Shown piece by piece: positions 44,525 to 54,433 of a DNA stretch of 64,000 bases (its first letter is position 1; each line of letters starts with the position of its first letter). The DNA is taken from positions 32,001 through 96,000 of IMG/VR virus record IMGVR_UViG_3300037067_001739; one strand, 5' to 3'. A model generated the notes under the pieces. That model did not search any database, was not told the DNA's origin, and saw only the letters and a program-made list of their open reading frames with translations. The position numbers were made by a program, and so were the translations under genes. This DNA comes from a virus. Lineage: Duplodnaviria > Caudoviricetes.

Positions 44525-45547
44525 TTACCCAAAAGAGTTACAAAATATTTGCATCACTTTATCTGAATAGGTATAATGTGGTATGGTTATCTTATCAAAT
44601 GTACCAATATTGTGCTTGCTTACAACAACCAGTGCTTCTTCTTCGGAATTGCCATATGGTACTACCTTACAAGGATACTTACAAGTTCCCACAAAATCGT
44701 CAATTTTTGTTGCCAGTGAGATTGAAGTTCTGGTATGTTTCGGTTTGGTTATGGTAACTACCAAGTCAGAGTTTGGGTTATACCGCTTAAACCTATTGAC
44801 AAAATCAGCAGTTTGAAATCGTATGCTGTAACCGTCTACTATGGCAACACTTTTGTCAGTTGACCCAAATTTTGTCTTTGCACCATCTTCTAACCATTCT
44901 AGCACTTTGATACCCAAGCTTTTACCATACTCTGAGACCTGTTTAAGCTGTGCATCATCAATAGTGTTTGCTTCAACAAACTCTATATCAGCTTTTTTGC
45001 AGTAGTCTAGAAATACCTTAGTATTTAAGTCTTTCAGTTCGTTCCCTAGCAATCCTATGATTGCCCCGATTGATATAAGGTATCCCTTATTTGCCCTTGG
45101 AAGTCTGGTCAATATCTCGGATAACCTGACAGCTTTCTCCACTTCTCCTTTGCCACATATAAATGGGTGACTCAATCTGTTTGGTGTCTTTGTATACGTG
45201 GACATATGAAAATCTGTGAGCCTACTAACTATCTGGTAATCCTTTAATTCACTTGGAAAATGATTCCTGACGATGAAGTATTCATCCACTATACGCTCTA
45301 ATAGTGGTATAATTTGTGTCCACTTTGTTGCGTATTGAGTACCATTCGTCTTATATTGCCGCTTTTCGGTTTCAATACCATCAATGAGCAGTATAAAAGA
45401 TGTAATCACTGGTGTTTGCAATTCTACAGGAACAATATCCTCTAATCGAGCAAGCCGATTGAGGTCATGCTTCGACACTGCCTCACCTGTCAATGGTACT
45501 GACTTTTTATTGTATAGGTCTGAAATAAATGTTGAAAAATAAGCCAT
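44525..45547 (-). CDS. hypothetical protein (340 aa)
   Basis: long ORF in the operon, no motif recognised. Confidence 0.7.
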   Translation of the reverse strand: MAYFSTFISDLYNKKSVPLTGEAVSKHDLNRLARLEDIVPVELQTPVITSFILLIDGIETEKRQYKTNGTQYATKWTQIIPLLERIVDEYFIVRNHFPSELKDYQIVSRLTDFHMSTYTKTPNRLSHPFICGKGEVEKAVRLSEILTRLPRANKGYLISIGAIIGLLGNELKDLNTKVFLDYCKKADIEFVEANTIDDAQLKQVSEYGKSLGIKVLEWLEDGAKTKFGSTDKSVAIVDGYSIRFQTADFVNRFKRYNPNSDLVVTITKPKHTRTSISLATKIDDFVGTCKYPCKVVPYGNSEEEALVVVSKHNIGTFDKITIPHYTYSDKVMQIFCNSFG

Positions 45548-46429
45548 TTAATCCTCGAATTGCTGGTATAGGTCTTTTGACACTTCCTCACATTCCCCAA
45601 TATACCTACTATCATCAGCTATGTGCCGTATCGTGCGTTTTCGTTCATTATTCCTGTCGAATACATACATAGCTTGAGCAAACAATTCTCTTTTTGATTG
45701 ACGACCACTTGGAGCACGTTGCCCGCAACCATAGTCCTCAACGAACACGTCCTGTATAAAAGCCCTTGCTATGGGTGGTAGGTTTCTCAAGTCAACGTTG
45801 TTACTGTTCTTTGCGTACATTACCAGAGCCTCGTAAAGCTCAATAATATACTCTTTATTTTTGGGGTCTTTCAGCATCGAAAGAAGTGCCGCTTTTTTAA
45901 TATAAGCATTACCCATAATAGGTGGTTGCTTGCCTTTCAAGATAAGTAAATCAACATCTTCTCCCAATGTTGCTTCCATTTTCCTAATAATGGTGGGACT
46001 TACTCTGAACCTTGATTTCAAATCATTATAGATACTGTTATAAACTTCACAATGTTGGCGGTTAATTCGTGTTCTAACACTAGGACTTCTAGGAATGCCA
46101 CTATCAACATAGTCGAATGCGTCTAATGGAACATTCCTTTGTACCAAGCACCGCACCTTAATGCGTGGATTTGTTTTTGACGCAATAACCACACCTTTCA
46201 TTCTATGCTGTCCGTCTTGAAGTCTGCCGTTTACATCAAACATTATGGGGTCTGCGACATATGGATTCCACCGACCCTTTACCATATCCTCGGCAAGAGA
46301 CTTCGCAAGACTATCATTCTTCCTTCGGCAATTTACGCTTTTGCCGTTTTCACCGATAGCTGACGCTAGATACCTAGAAGCCAACTCTGCGTCAATGTCC
46401 TCTACTGAAAAATTATCTATGTTAAGCAT
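45548..46429 (-). CDS. ParB/sulfiredoxin-like N-terminal domain protein
   Basis: DMVKGRW..PIMFDVNGRLQDGQHRM. Confidence 0.7.
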   Translation of the reverse strand: MLNIDNFSVEDIDAELASRYLASAIGENGKSVNCRRKNDSLAKSLAEDMVKGRWNPYVADPIMFDVNGRLQDGQHRMKGVVIASKTNPRIKVRCLVQRNVPLDAFDYVDSGIPRSPSVRTRINRQHCEVYNSIYNDLKSRFRVSPTIIRKMEATLGEDVDLLILKGKQPPIMGNAYIKKAALLSMLKDPKNKEYIIELYEALVMYAKNSNNVDLRNLPPIARAFIQDVFVEDYGCGQRAPSGRQSKRELFAQAMYVFDRNNERKRTIRHIADDSRYIGECEEVSKDLYQQFED

Positions 46430-46434
46430 TCTTC

Positions 46435-46884
46435 CTACCTTTCTGTAAAACAACGAAATCTTAATTCACAAGTATCGCAATGCTTTCCGATTACCAACTG
46501 AGCCTTTCCACCAGCTTCGTTAATGTTCTTTACGAGCTTGGACAATGTTGGTTTGGAAAGTCCGTCTTTCGGCGTTAAAGTGTGCGGTATAGCTTCCACC
46601 CAATCTTTGCTCTCTTTCAAACCCCATGCGGTGGCATCTCTTACCGCTTTGATAACGTTTATTTTGTTCACACCCATGTCGAGAATCCTAGCGAGGCAAA
46701 CTTGCTGTTCTGCTACTTCAGTGTTCTGAAGAATCATGACCTCTAGAATCTTCGGATACTCGCCATCGGATTTGATAAGCACAGCCTCAAGCCCTTCTAC
46801 TTTGTTACCCACGACATCGTAGGAGTGCCAACCATTACCTACTGTGGTTTCGGTATGTGCTAACGTAAGCTTGAGTAAATCCAT
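46435..46884 (-). CDS. ribosomal L7/L12 C-terminal-domain protein with Cys motif
   Basis: NKINVIKAVRDATAWGLKESKDWVEA..EAGGKA; CDTCELRFRCFT. Confidence 0.8.
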   Translation of the reverse strand: MDLLKLTLAHTETTVGNGWHSYDVVGNKVEGLEAVLIKSDGEYPKILEVMILQNTEVAEQQVCLARILDMGVNKINVIKAVRDATAWGLKESKDWVEAIPHTLTPKDGLSKPTLSKLVKNINEAGGKAQLVIGKHCDTCELRFRCFTER

Positions 46885-47065
46885 AAAAGTCCAACCTTTT
46901 CTAAAACTCAAAAACGGTTCGGGCAAAATTTGGGGAAACAAATTTTTGAAACTTCATTCTCCCCTGCGGAAGCAACCAAACTCGGTGTACTTTGACGTTG
47001 ATGCCATTCACCAACATCCCACCTGACCAAATTTTGGTTGCCCAATCTTTGGAGTGACCGTAATG

Positions 47066-47479
47066 CTAGGCAGACATTTCGGTGTCAGTTGCTTCCGCTT
47101 TCTCAGTCCAACGCTTTGCAAGCTTGTCCACTAGAGCCTTATCCATGCAGATAAAGTATTTGTCTCTACAGTCAAGAATGTCATAATAGCGTCTGGTTTT
47201 CCACTCGCTCATTGAACCAACTATCTTGACGGCGGGGCATTTCCTGCAAGCGTAGAAAACACCACTTATTCTATCCCGATACGTGTCGCTATCTTTGGTA
47301 TAACATTCGAATCTGGTTAAACATGTAGCGCACCCCTCTGGATGATATTTGCAAGGATGCCTACCTAGTGCGTCTTTGCACTTACCGACCTCGTACCAAT
47401 CATGCTCGTCCTCGTGGCATAACTTGACTTCTTTCGGTTTCTGCTCTTTCTCTTTCTTTTTACCGAACATGAATCTCAC
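47066..47479 (-). CDS. Cys-motif protein
   Basis: CATCLTRFECYT. Confidence 0.7.
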   Translation of the reverse strand: MRFMFGKKKEKEQKPKEVKLCHEDEHDWYEVGKCKDALGRHPCKYHPEGCATCLTRFECYTKDSDTYRDRISGVFYACRKCPAVKIVGSMSEWKTRRYYDILDCRDKYFICMDKALVDKLAKRWTEKAEATDTEMSA

Positions 47480-47490
47480 CCATCATACTC

Positions 47491-47519
47491 ATTATAGCAT
47501 GAGCCTCACTCAGAGTCAA
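47491..47519 (-). promoter_or_regulatory. sigma70-type promoter
   Basis: TTGACT-17 (GGCTCATGC)-TATAAT. Confidence 0.82.
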
Positions 47520-47913
47520 GCCCGTTTATTGCGCCCTTTCTTTCCGTGAAGCACTTAAATCTGTCATCACAAGAATCACAAAAAGTGGGTTTTTCACACT
47601 TATTTGTAATGCGTGGGTCATCCTTTGTTGCCTTGGTAAACCCCATGCAGTTATCTAACCACACAGGGTCAAAGTTGAAGGGATAGTTAAACCACCCACT
47701 CCTAATCCCATGTTCGTTTGCCTCTATTTTGAGTCGCTTGTCGAACATAATTGGTAGTGCTTCTTTTCTTCCACCAGCCAGCATACCAATTAGACTCAAC
47801 ATTGGATTGTTGAGTAACGGTGCGTTATAGGGGTGGCAACATTTGCTGTGAGCGTCTCCTGGCACTTCCCCTCTCCATCTACATTCATAGCAATTCGGTT
47901 TATTCTTCTTCAT
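47506..47913 (-). CDS. Cys-motif protein
   Basis: CDSCDDRFKCFT after a CYEC..GWFNYPFNFDPVWL domain. Confidence 0.72.
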   Translation of the reverse strand: MKKNKPNCYECRWRGEVPGDAHSKCCHPYNAPLLNNPMLSLIGMLAGGRKEALPIMFDKRLKIEANEHGIRSGWFNYPFNFDPVWLDNCMGFTKATKDDPRITNKCEKPTFCDSCDDRFKCFTERKGAINGLDSE

Positions 47914-48219
47914 CGAAAAAATTTCTCCATACAGCATTACTCGGAGTCACTGGTTCGCCACACATACATGGTTTACCAGCACTAATTTCATAGTCAACAA
48001 TAGAATCACATCTAGGACAATAGGGAACGTACTGCTCACAATCTGCCACACAGACACGTAACTCATCATTTGTGACGTATCTCCATTTGCATGTTCCATG
48101 TCCAGTATTGTCAAGGATACCATCATATCGCCACAAGTCTACGTACTCTTGACAATCCTCACAGAATATGAAGTCTTTACAAGTCATACCTCGAACTTCA
48201 ATTTCTGTGTTGCCCTCAA

Positions 48220-48765
48220 TTAAGAAATCAGCACCCAATCGTCACCTTTGCCAATCTTAATACCACGAACAACAGGAACTTCCTCGATAACAGCGTCTTT
48301 GCCAAGTGGAAGTGCGACTCCCCACTGTTCAAATTCGTACCAGCTTGCGAGACCATAGCTGTCAAAATTGCCCTGCATCTTTTCGTAGATTTCCATGCCA
48401 GAATCTTCGCTGTTATCAGGGTCTTTGAGTACGATTAAGTTGATTGCTGATTCATCATTTGCCCACGCTCTTATTTCCATGTTATGCTCACGAGCGTAGT
48501 CTATGAGAATCTTTGCCTTGTCTGCTGTCCAGTTTCCTCTTAGATTTCCGAAAGCATGGTATGTGTATTGTGCAGGTGGATAGGTGCGAAACTGGTGCAT
48601 CCTAGCCATAAATTTTTCGATACAATCCTTACCAGTATCAATCTCGACCATTCCCATATCTGCTCTGCCATCCTTTTCGATGGTGGGTTCGAGTTCGGGC
48701 GGAATTGGTTTCTCTGCAAGGACTATATCGTCATTATGGAGTATTTTAACTTTTTCAACTGACAT
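48220..48765 (-). CDS. hypothetical protein
   Basis: 181-aa ORF. Confidence 0.65.
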   Translation of the reverse strand: MSVEKVKILHNDDIVLAEKPIPPELEPTIEKDGRADMGMVEIDTGKDCIEKFMARMHQFRTYPPAQYTYHAFGNLRGNWTADKAKILIDYAREHNMEIRAWANDESAINLIVLKDPDNSEDSGMEIYEKMQGNFDSYGLASWYEFEQWGVALPLGKDAVIEEVPVVRGIKIGKGDDWVLIS

Positions 48766-49307
48766 TTTTTACTTCCTATAGGTCGTCTCTCATAGAGATA
48801 CACGCACCAAACTGTCTTGCACATGACAAGACAAATTCCTCAAAGGAGATTCCGTCTTTTATTTTATCAGTGTAACCAGTAGGCATTAGCTATAAGCCTT
48901 TCCCTCTTGGTCAACTAACCAGCCACAATCAGGACATTTGACATATCCCATTTTAACTTCTGGTTCTTCGACCCAATCGAACCTCATACCACAGTTTGAA
49001 CAGGTGACAGTGTTGTCGGATTCCTCTATTAGAGTTCCTTTGCCTTCTTTGTCCACCATGTAACCCATGTTGAAGTTTCGCTGTTTCATGTAAGGCAATA
49101 ATTCTGTATCATCGTCATAAGAAACAACTTCAAGTAATGTGTCACTGTCAAGCAAAGCCAGTTTCTTGTCGGAGTATCCCATTGCATACATAGCCCTGCA
49201 CAAAGTCATACCCAAGAAAAGTGACTCTGTGAGCACAGGAACTATTCCGTACTCTCGGCAGATAAATAGCATTTCAGGTATGTTAGTAGCACATTTAAGT
49301 GTCGTTA

Positions 49308-49607
49308 TCATCTTATTCGAACAAACTCCGCTTTCATTATATTATCCATCAATTGCCAATTTTTCATAGCAAACTTTGCAAATTTTGCAGGTGGTACTTC
49401 CCCAAAGTCATATGTTAAGAGGTTGGGACAAGTCAACTCAAAGGTAGCCTCTACCAGAACTATGCTATTGTAAACATTTGAGATGTACCGAGATGTTACC
49501 CTAAAAACCTTACTGGTTATGCACTGAAACCTCTTTGGGCATTCATTACAATTATCATTTATAAGATTTTTTATGGGTATTTGAATTACAATTCTCATGT
49601 ATCTCAA
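49308..49607 (-). CDS. Cys-motif protein
   Basis: CNECPKRFQCIT. Confidence 0.7.
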   Translation of the reverse strand: MRYMRIVIQIPIKNLINDNCNECPKRFQCITSKVFRVTSRYISNVYNSIVLVEATFELTCPNLLTYDFGEVPPAKFAKFAMKNWQLMDNIMKAEFVRIR

Positions 49608-49803
49608 CCAGTTCTCTTTGTATCTGTCTATGGGCTAACTCAGTGTTGACGCTACGCTCTAGGGCGGGATAGTCCTCTTTCCATCTGCGGAGAACATCAT
49701 CAGAATATGGAGCGGCACATTTGTAATGTCTATCTGTCCAGCAAATGAATCGCTGTTCACAGGTGTTGCATACTTCTGGTGTGCCAACTAATTGCCTATC
49801 TAT
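49555..49803 (-). CDS. Cys-motif ORF without a canonical start (possible ATA start)
   Basis: open frame IDRQLVGTPEVCNTCEQRFICWTDRH..; absent from the ORF track. Confidence 0.5.
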   Translation of the reverse strand: MDRQLVGTPEVCNTCEQRFICWTDRHYKCAAPYSDDVLRRWKEDYPALERSVNTELAHRQIQRELVEIHENCNSNTHKKSYK

Positions 49804-50164
49804 CTTTGTAAATCCCCGCTTGTCTTAACTGGTTCAGGTCAAACTCTGCCTCACGATTAGTCCAGCAGATAAACCGCATATTGCAAGCATCGCACTGTGT
49901 TGGATAATTCTTGCACAGGATGGGGACTTTATTACCCCATTCTTTACTGCCGTCTACACCTGTAATAAGCCGACCCACACCGTCAACGGTTAGTCCCTCT
50001 CTCCGCAGAGCGTCAATATGCTTACATGTTCTATTGCCACGCTGGTTGAATATCCAACTTGGACAGTTACAGGAGAATAAGCCCTTCTCATCAACCTTTA
50101 TCTTGTAGGTTCTCCTGCCATTGGAAGATGGGACTTCTGCAAAGAAATTGTATGTTTTGCTCAT
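49796..50164 (-). CDS. SWIM zinc-finger protein with Cys motif
   Basis: SCNCPSW..CKHI; CDACNMRFICWT. Confidence 0.78.
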   Translation of the reverse strand: MSKTYNFFAEVPSSNGRRTYKIKVDEKGLFSCNCPSWIFNQRGNRTCKHIDALRREGLTVDGVGRLITGVDGSKEWGNKVPILCKNYPTQCDACNMRFICWTNREAEFDLNQLRQAGIYKDR

Positions 50165-50165
50165 T

Positions 50166-50528
50166 TTAGTGCCTCACCAAATTATCGAATGGGCATCCAA
50201 TCAGGACTCCCCAATCATCTGCCTCGTGTGACCCATAGTTATACTTGCCACAAGCTTTACATCTGAACTTCTCATTGAATGACACCTGTTGCCACTTCAC
50301 CATAAAGACCTCTTTACAGTGCGGACAAAGCATAAGTTGGGTCTTATCTCGTTTGTAAAGTTCATCAACTACGAAATGTCGCCCCAACTCGCTAGGGTTC
50401 ATCGTTACTTGTAGTGTGTCCTCTCTGACAGTATAACAAGCGTAACGCCACCTACACGTACCGCATTGTTCGTCACAATACGTGCTGGTGGCGTACTGTC
50501 CTGCTAGATAAACCTCTAGTTTCTTCAT
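50166..50528 (-). CDS. Cys-motif / zinc-ribbon protein
   Basis: CGTCRWRYACYT; CPHC..CKAC. Confidence 0.72.
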   Translation of the reverse strand: MKKLEVYLAGQYATSTYCDEQCGTCRWRYACYTVREDTLQVTMNPSELGRHFVVDELYKRDKTQLMLCPHCKEVFMVKWQQVSFNEKFRCKACGKYNYGSHEADDWGVLIGCPFDNLVRH

Positions 50529-50537
50529 TCTGCTATA

Positions 50538-50566
50538 ATTATAGCACGTGCCGCTTATGTTGTCAA
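50538..50566 (-). promoter_or_regulatory. sigma70-type promoter
   Basis: TTGACA-17 (GGCACGTGC)-TATAAT. Confidence 0.85.
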
Positions 50567-50569
50567 GGT

Positions 50570-50866
50570 TTACTTTCTGTCGGTAAAACACTTAAAGCGA
50601 TTGGAGCAGTAGTCACAAGCGGAGTCAAGTTTGTTGTGGTAGGCTTCATTACAGAATTGAGCAATCAACTCGGTGTTGCCACTACCATTGCTTCCATGTG
50701 TCTTGTAGACTTTGACAATATCCTTGCCAGTCTCATCATCGTAGTAGCACTCAACCCTTGCACCCACACTCCATCCCCGAATGTGACCTGAGATGCCGCT
50801 GTCTTTACTACCACCCCTAGTTGCCGCACCACGATTACCCTGAATTTCCGCATAAAAGTGTGACAT
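50570..50866 (-). CDS. Cys-motif protein
   Basis: MSHFYAEIQGNRGAATRGG..; C-terminal CDYCSNRFKCFT. Confidence 0.72.
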   Translation of the reverse strand: MSHFYAEIQGNRGAATRGGSKDSGISGHIRGWSVGARVECYYDDETGKDIVKVYKTHGSNGSGNTELIAQFCNEAYHNKLDSACDYCSNRFKCFTDRK

Positions 50867-51033
50867 TAAATGTTTTTACCTCGCTTCAAAGTTTGGTGCG
50901 GCAGGAAGTTTTAATTCCAGTTCCGCTAACCGTTGCTTGTCTTGCGGCGACATGGTAAGAGTACCCATTGTCTCTACGACTTTGAAATACTTCTTGTATA
51001 TCGCCACCATTTCGAGCAAAATTTCTTCCTTTG

Positions 51034-51543
51034 TCATCGCCAGAACCTCTTTGTTATTTTAGGATTTCTGTGGAACTTCTGAGGGTCTTGCTCGTACACT
51101 CGGCTTTCCTCTGGTTTGCCATGTTGGGAAGTGTAACACTTAAACCTATCAGGACAAGTGCCACAGATTTTCTCAACCTCTGCGTTGAGCTTTTCCCTGA
51201 TTTCTGAATGGGGCTTACTCCTACAATCTTTACACAGGGGAATGATGAAATTGCAGGTATTCACTCCTTCGAATGTAAGCCGTTCAATGGTGGTAGCATA
51301 GAGATTATCTCCCTTTACTAACCCACAAATAGCACACACTACCATACGTGACCGTTCACGTTCTTTCTTTCGGCATGACTCACATATCGGTTTGATAACG
51401 GTATAGCCATTCTCTACCATCGTGTATGGTCTGACATTCTCGTGTACGAATCCGCAGGTAGAACACCAACCGATACGATGCTTGATAGCTTTCTTGCCGT
51501 CACGCAGGGGTTGTCCGCTGTTCCTTGACCAGTTGTTCATCAT
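51034..51543 (-). CDS. multi zinc-finger Cys-motif protein
   Basis: CGTCPDRFKCYT. Confidence 0.72.
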   Translation of the reverse strand: MMNNWSRNSGQPLRDGKKAIKHRIGWCSTCGFVHENVRPYTMVENGYTVIKPICESCRKKERERSRMVVCAICGLVKGDNLYATTIERLTFEGVNTCNFIIPLCKDCRSKPHSEIREKLNAEVEKICGTCPDRFKCYTSQHGKPEESRVYEQDPQKFHRNPKITKRFWR

Positions 51544-52037
51544 GCTATCACCTTCGTTGTTAAGCACTTGAATCTGTTGTCACAATTGCCGCAATGGTTT
51601 CCCTCCCCAAGCGGCACTTCCTCGATACTGACTTTGATAAATTTGCCTGCGTGCATTTTGAAAATCTCCGTCAAGTCCTTGAATTTATCGTACTGAACCA
51701 CACCATAATGGCGGTTGTGTTCAGTCGGGAATACAGGACAACCAAGATAGTGAAACACTTCCATTATCCTGCCATGTTCATCATGGTCAACCTCTTCTTC
51801 GTCCTCGCCAACATAACCTTCGAGTGTAAGAGGTAATCCAGTTGCAAGCTGACTCTCAACGCCAAGCTTGGTACGCTTTACTAACTGGATATGCTTCCTA
51901 ATCTCATCAATAGGTGGTTTTGAGTTGGTAAAATCACGCTGATACCCATAGGTAGTCAGCCACTTTTCAACCTTACTGATGGTTTCTTGCAATTCCGCAA
52001 GCTTGGTGATGAAGTATTCCCGTTCTGTTCCGTTCAT
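51540..52037 (-). CDS. Cys-motif protein
   Basis: C-terminal CGNCDNRFKCLT. Confidence 0.72.
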   Translation of the reverse strand: MNGTEREYFITKLAELQETISKVEKWLTTYGYQRDFTNSKPPIDEIRKHIQLVKRTKLGVESQLATGLPLTLEGYVGEDEEEVDHDEHGRIMEVFHYLGCPVFPTEHNRHYGVVQYDKFKDLTEIFKMHAGKFIKVSIEEVPLGEGNHCGNCDNRFKCLTTKVIA

Positions 52038-52429
52038 GTTATTCACTCTTTTTGACGTAGTTAAACCCTTTGAGGACGCCACTGACAATCCATAGACCGA
52101 GTTCAACGGAGAGTGCCTGAGCGTAAGTGATGGTCATGAAGCCGAAGATACTCGCAATTCCACCCCAAGCGAGCATAACCAACCATGCACCGAAAGCAAA
52201 GCAAGCCGCCACCAGTATAGCTACTAGCAGGACAATGCCCACCCATCCGAAGAAGCCTATGTCGTTCTTCCTCATTCCGTACATTTTGTTCTCCCTTCTT
52301 AGAGAAGTAATAGCAGTAAGAGCCACCAAGGACTGTACTGCACCGCAAGGTACACGGACAATCCTACGATGAACACGCACCACAGAAATGCCACCCATAT
52401 GTACTGCTTGAACAGTTTTTCAATCGTCA

Positions 52430-54373
52430 TTAGTCATTCTCCATAACAATTACTTTACCCAACTTGGGACTCCAGCCGTTGGTGTAATGCTCAGGTGTCA
52501 TAACCCAAATCGTAGGACAAGGAATCTTCTTGGGATAGTCGCCAGCTCCATCGGTCAGATAGATGATACCGTCAATCTTACCCTTGAGCTTGAACTTTTC
52601 GCCATTGCTATTCTTGTATATCTTTTTCTCTACGAATTTGAACACAGGTACGAAGCTTGTACCACCGTAACCGTACCTCTTGATGCCCTGACCCTTGGGT
52701 GGTTTCTTCTTGTACTCTTGAACATGGGTTATATCCATATCGCACTCAACGTGCGTGATACCTACCCCTGCGGAGAACATAGCCCCGATTTCTTTCCAGA
52801 ACATCGCAAATTCTTTGTCGTCAACGCTACCAGAGCTATCAGTCGCCACCACGAAATGTGCTTTCCTCTTGACCTTATAGCCAGGGAATGTGACAGGGAA
52901 TCTTCGATTTAGCCTCTTTCGAGTGCTCTCGAATTTGGCGAACTCACGGAATCCATAGAACCTGCGGAGTTCGGATTTCCACGTGATAGTCTTGTGCTCA
53001 AGGCATTCATCCACAAGACCTTTCAACCATCCAGGCATATTTCCTTGAGACTTCTCACTAGCTTTATGGACAGCTTTCTTGACCATTTCCTTGATTTTCT
53101 CGTGAGCCATTTCACGATTATCACTACCTGCCGCCCACACTTCGTGATTGTCCATCGGCATCGGGATGTCAATTCCATTTACCCGAACATTGCAACCGCT
53201 ACCAGTCTGCGGCGATTCTTTCTGTTCCTGCTCACCCTGACCATCGCCAGAACCTTGACCCTCGTCTTGTTTCTGCTCGTACTCTCCGTGACCGCTTCCA
53301 CCTTTGCCCAATGACTGCTCATTAGCTTGTCCTTGAGAGCCAAGACTACCTTGGTCTTTAGCTTGACCTTTACCATTCTGACCATTGCCAGAGTCCTGTC
53401 CACCACCCTGCTGACTGCCATCAGCACCTTGTCCAGTCTGCTGACCTTGACCACCACCAGAGCCGCTCTGCTGTTGACCCTGTTGGTCGCCACCTTGTCC
53501 CTGTCCCTGTCCCTGTTGGTTTCCAGACTGACCTTGCTGACCACCCTGTCCGCCACCTTGCTGAGACTGCTGACCCTGTTTACCAGCCTGACCACTTTGT
53601 CCTTGTGACTGCCCCTGCCCCTGCTGGTTTTGCTGTCCCTGTTGCTGTTGTCCTTGCTGACCATTGCCATTCTGGTCAGACTTACCCTGACCCATCTGTT
53701 GCTTCGCCGCACTCTCTTGCTTACCAGTGATAGAGCTACCGATTTCAATGACCATCTTCGGAACTTTCGCCCAAAGAACATCATAGTATAACTCGGAAGC
53801 TTTTTCCTTGTCGAGAGTTATCTTGTTATTGCCGACTCGGAAGTTATTGTAGTCCAACGTCTCGAATTTATGAGCCTTCGGGTCAAGGTCTTTATTACAA
53901 AGCGGGCAATTCTTACGGAACTGTCCCGTTGCGGTTTTACGTACAAAGACGTTACAGTCTGGACACATTAGCCCACTCGGTAACCCCTTAATGTACTGGT
54001 TGATTGCAATATCATTAGCCAGATTCCAGACATAGTGATTACGCCCCTCAACCCTAAGCAAGTGTTTGTTAAGAATGTGAAGAATCTCATGCTCAAGGCA
54101 CGCAATCTTTTCCTCTTGGGTCAGTCCCCAAGAATGTGCGGAGGGGTTTGCTTTGTCGTAGTCGCCAGAATTGTAGAAGTCAGTATTGATAAACAAATGA
54201 GGTTGTAACTCATTGCTTACCATAACTGCCATTGTGCGGACAATCTTACCAGCACCATCTACGCAATTTTTTCCGCTTACGCTGTGCCTGCGGAACTGCT
54301 GGAGAAGATGCCCATAAAAATGCTTATGTTGTAGAAGCAATTCAATTACTTCGGGTTCGATAAGTTCAGCCAT
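52430..54373 (-). CDS. DUF2201-type metallopeptidase + vWA protein with long Q/G-rich linker
   Basis: HEILH (HExxH), DSSGS MIDAS, GGTSF, YLTDG. Confidence 0.85.
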   Translation of the reverse strand: MAELIEPEVIELLLQHKHFYGHLLQQFRRHSVSGKNCVDGAGKIVRTMAVMVSNELQPHLFINTDFYNSGDYDKANPSAHSWGLTQEEKIACLEHEILHILNKHLLRVEGRNHYVWNLANDIAINQYIKGLPSGLMCPDCNVFVRKTATGQFRKNCPLCNKDLDPKAHKFETLDYNNFRVGNNKITLDKEKASELYYDVLWAKVPKMVIEIGSSITGKQESAAKQQMGQGKSDQNGNGQQGQQQQGQQNQQGQGQSQGQSGQAGKQGQQSQQGGGQGGQQGQSGNQQGQGQGQGGDQQGQQQSGSGGGQGQQTGQGADGSQQGGGQDSGNGQNGKGQAKDQGSLGSQGQANEQSLGKGGSGHGEYEQKQDEGQGSGDGQGEQEQKESPQTGSGCNVRVNGIDIPMPMDNHEVWAAGSDNREMAHEKIKEMVKKAVHKASEKSQGNMPGWLKGLVDECLEHKTITWKSELRRFYGFREFAKFESTRKRLNRRFPVTFPGYKVKRKAHFVVATDSSGSVDDKEFAMFWKEIGAMFSAGVGITHVECDMDITHVQEYKKKPPKGQGIKRYGYGGTSFVPVFKFVEKKIYKNSNGEKFKLKGKIDGIIYLTDGAGDYPKKIPCPTIWVMTPEHYTNGWSPKLGKVIVMEND

Positions 54374-54433
54374 AACACTCCTTATTTGATGGGTGCAGGA
54401 ATGACGTTTGCCACTCCCGCACCCTGATAAATT

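Noticed and set aside
48776-48886. 36-aa ORF MPTGYTDKIKDGISFEEF.., possibly a truncated remnant of a longer phage gene
   Set aside because: The family resemblance is from memory only and cannot be supported without a search.
20105-51567. Recurrent MFY/MLY N-termini in the ORF track (e.g. 21346, 37007, 46453, 50591)
   Set aside because: These are out-of-frame readings of the upstream gene's C-F/Y-T codons in the Cys tag. The real starts lie downstream.
53179-53784. Alternative-frame ORFs and an apparent tandem repeat in the Q/G region
   Set aside because: They are by-products of low-complexity Gln/Gly codons in the peptidase linker.
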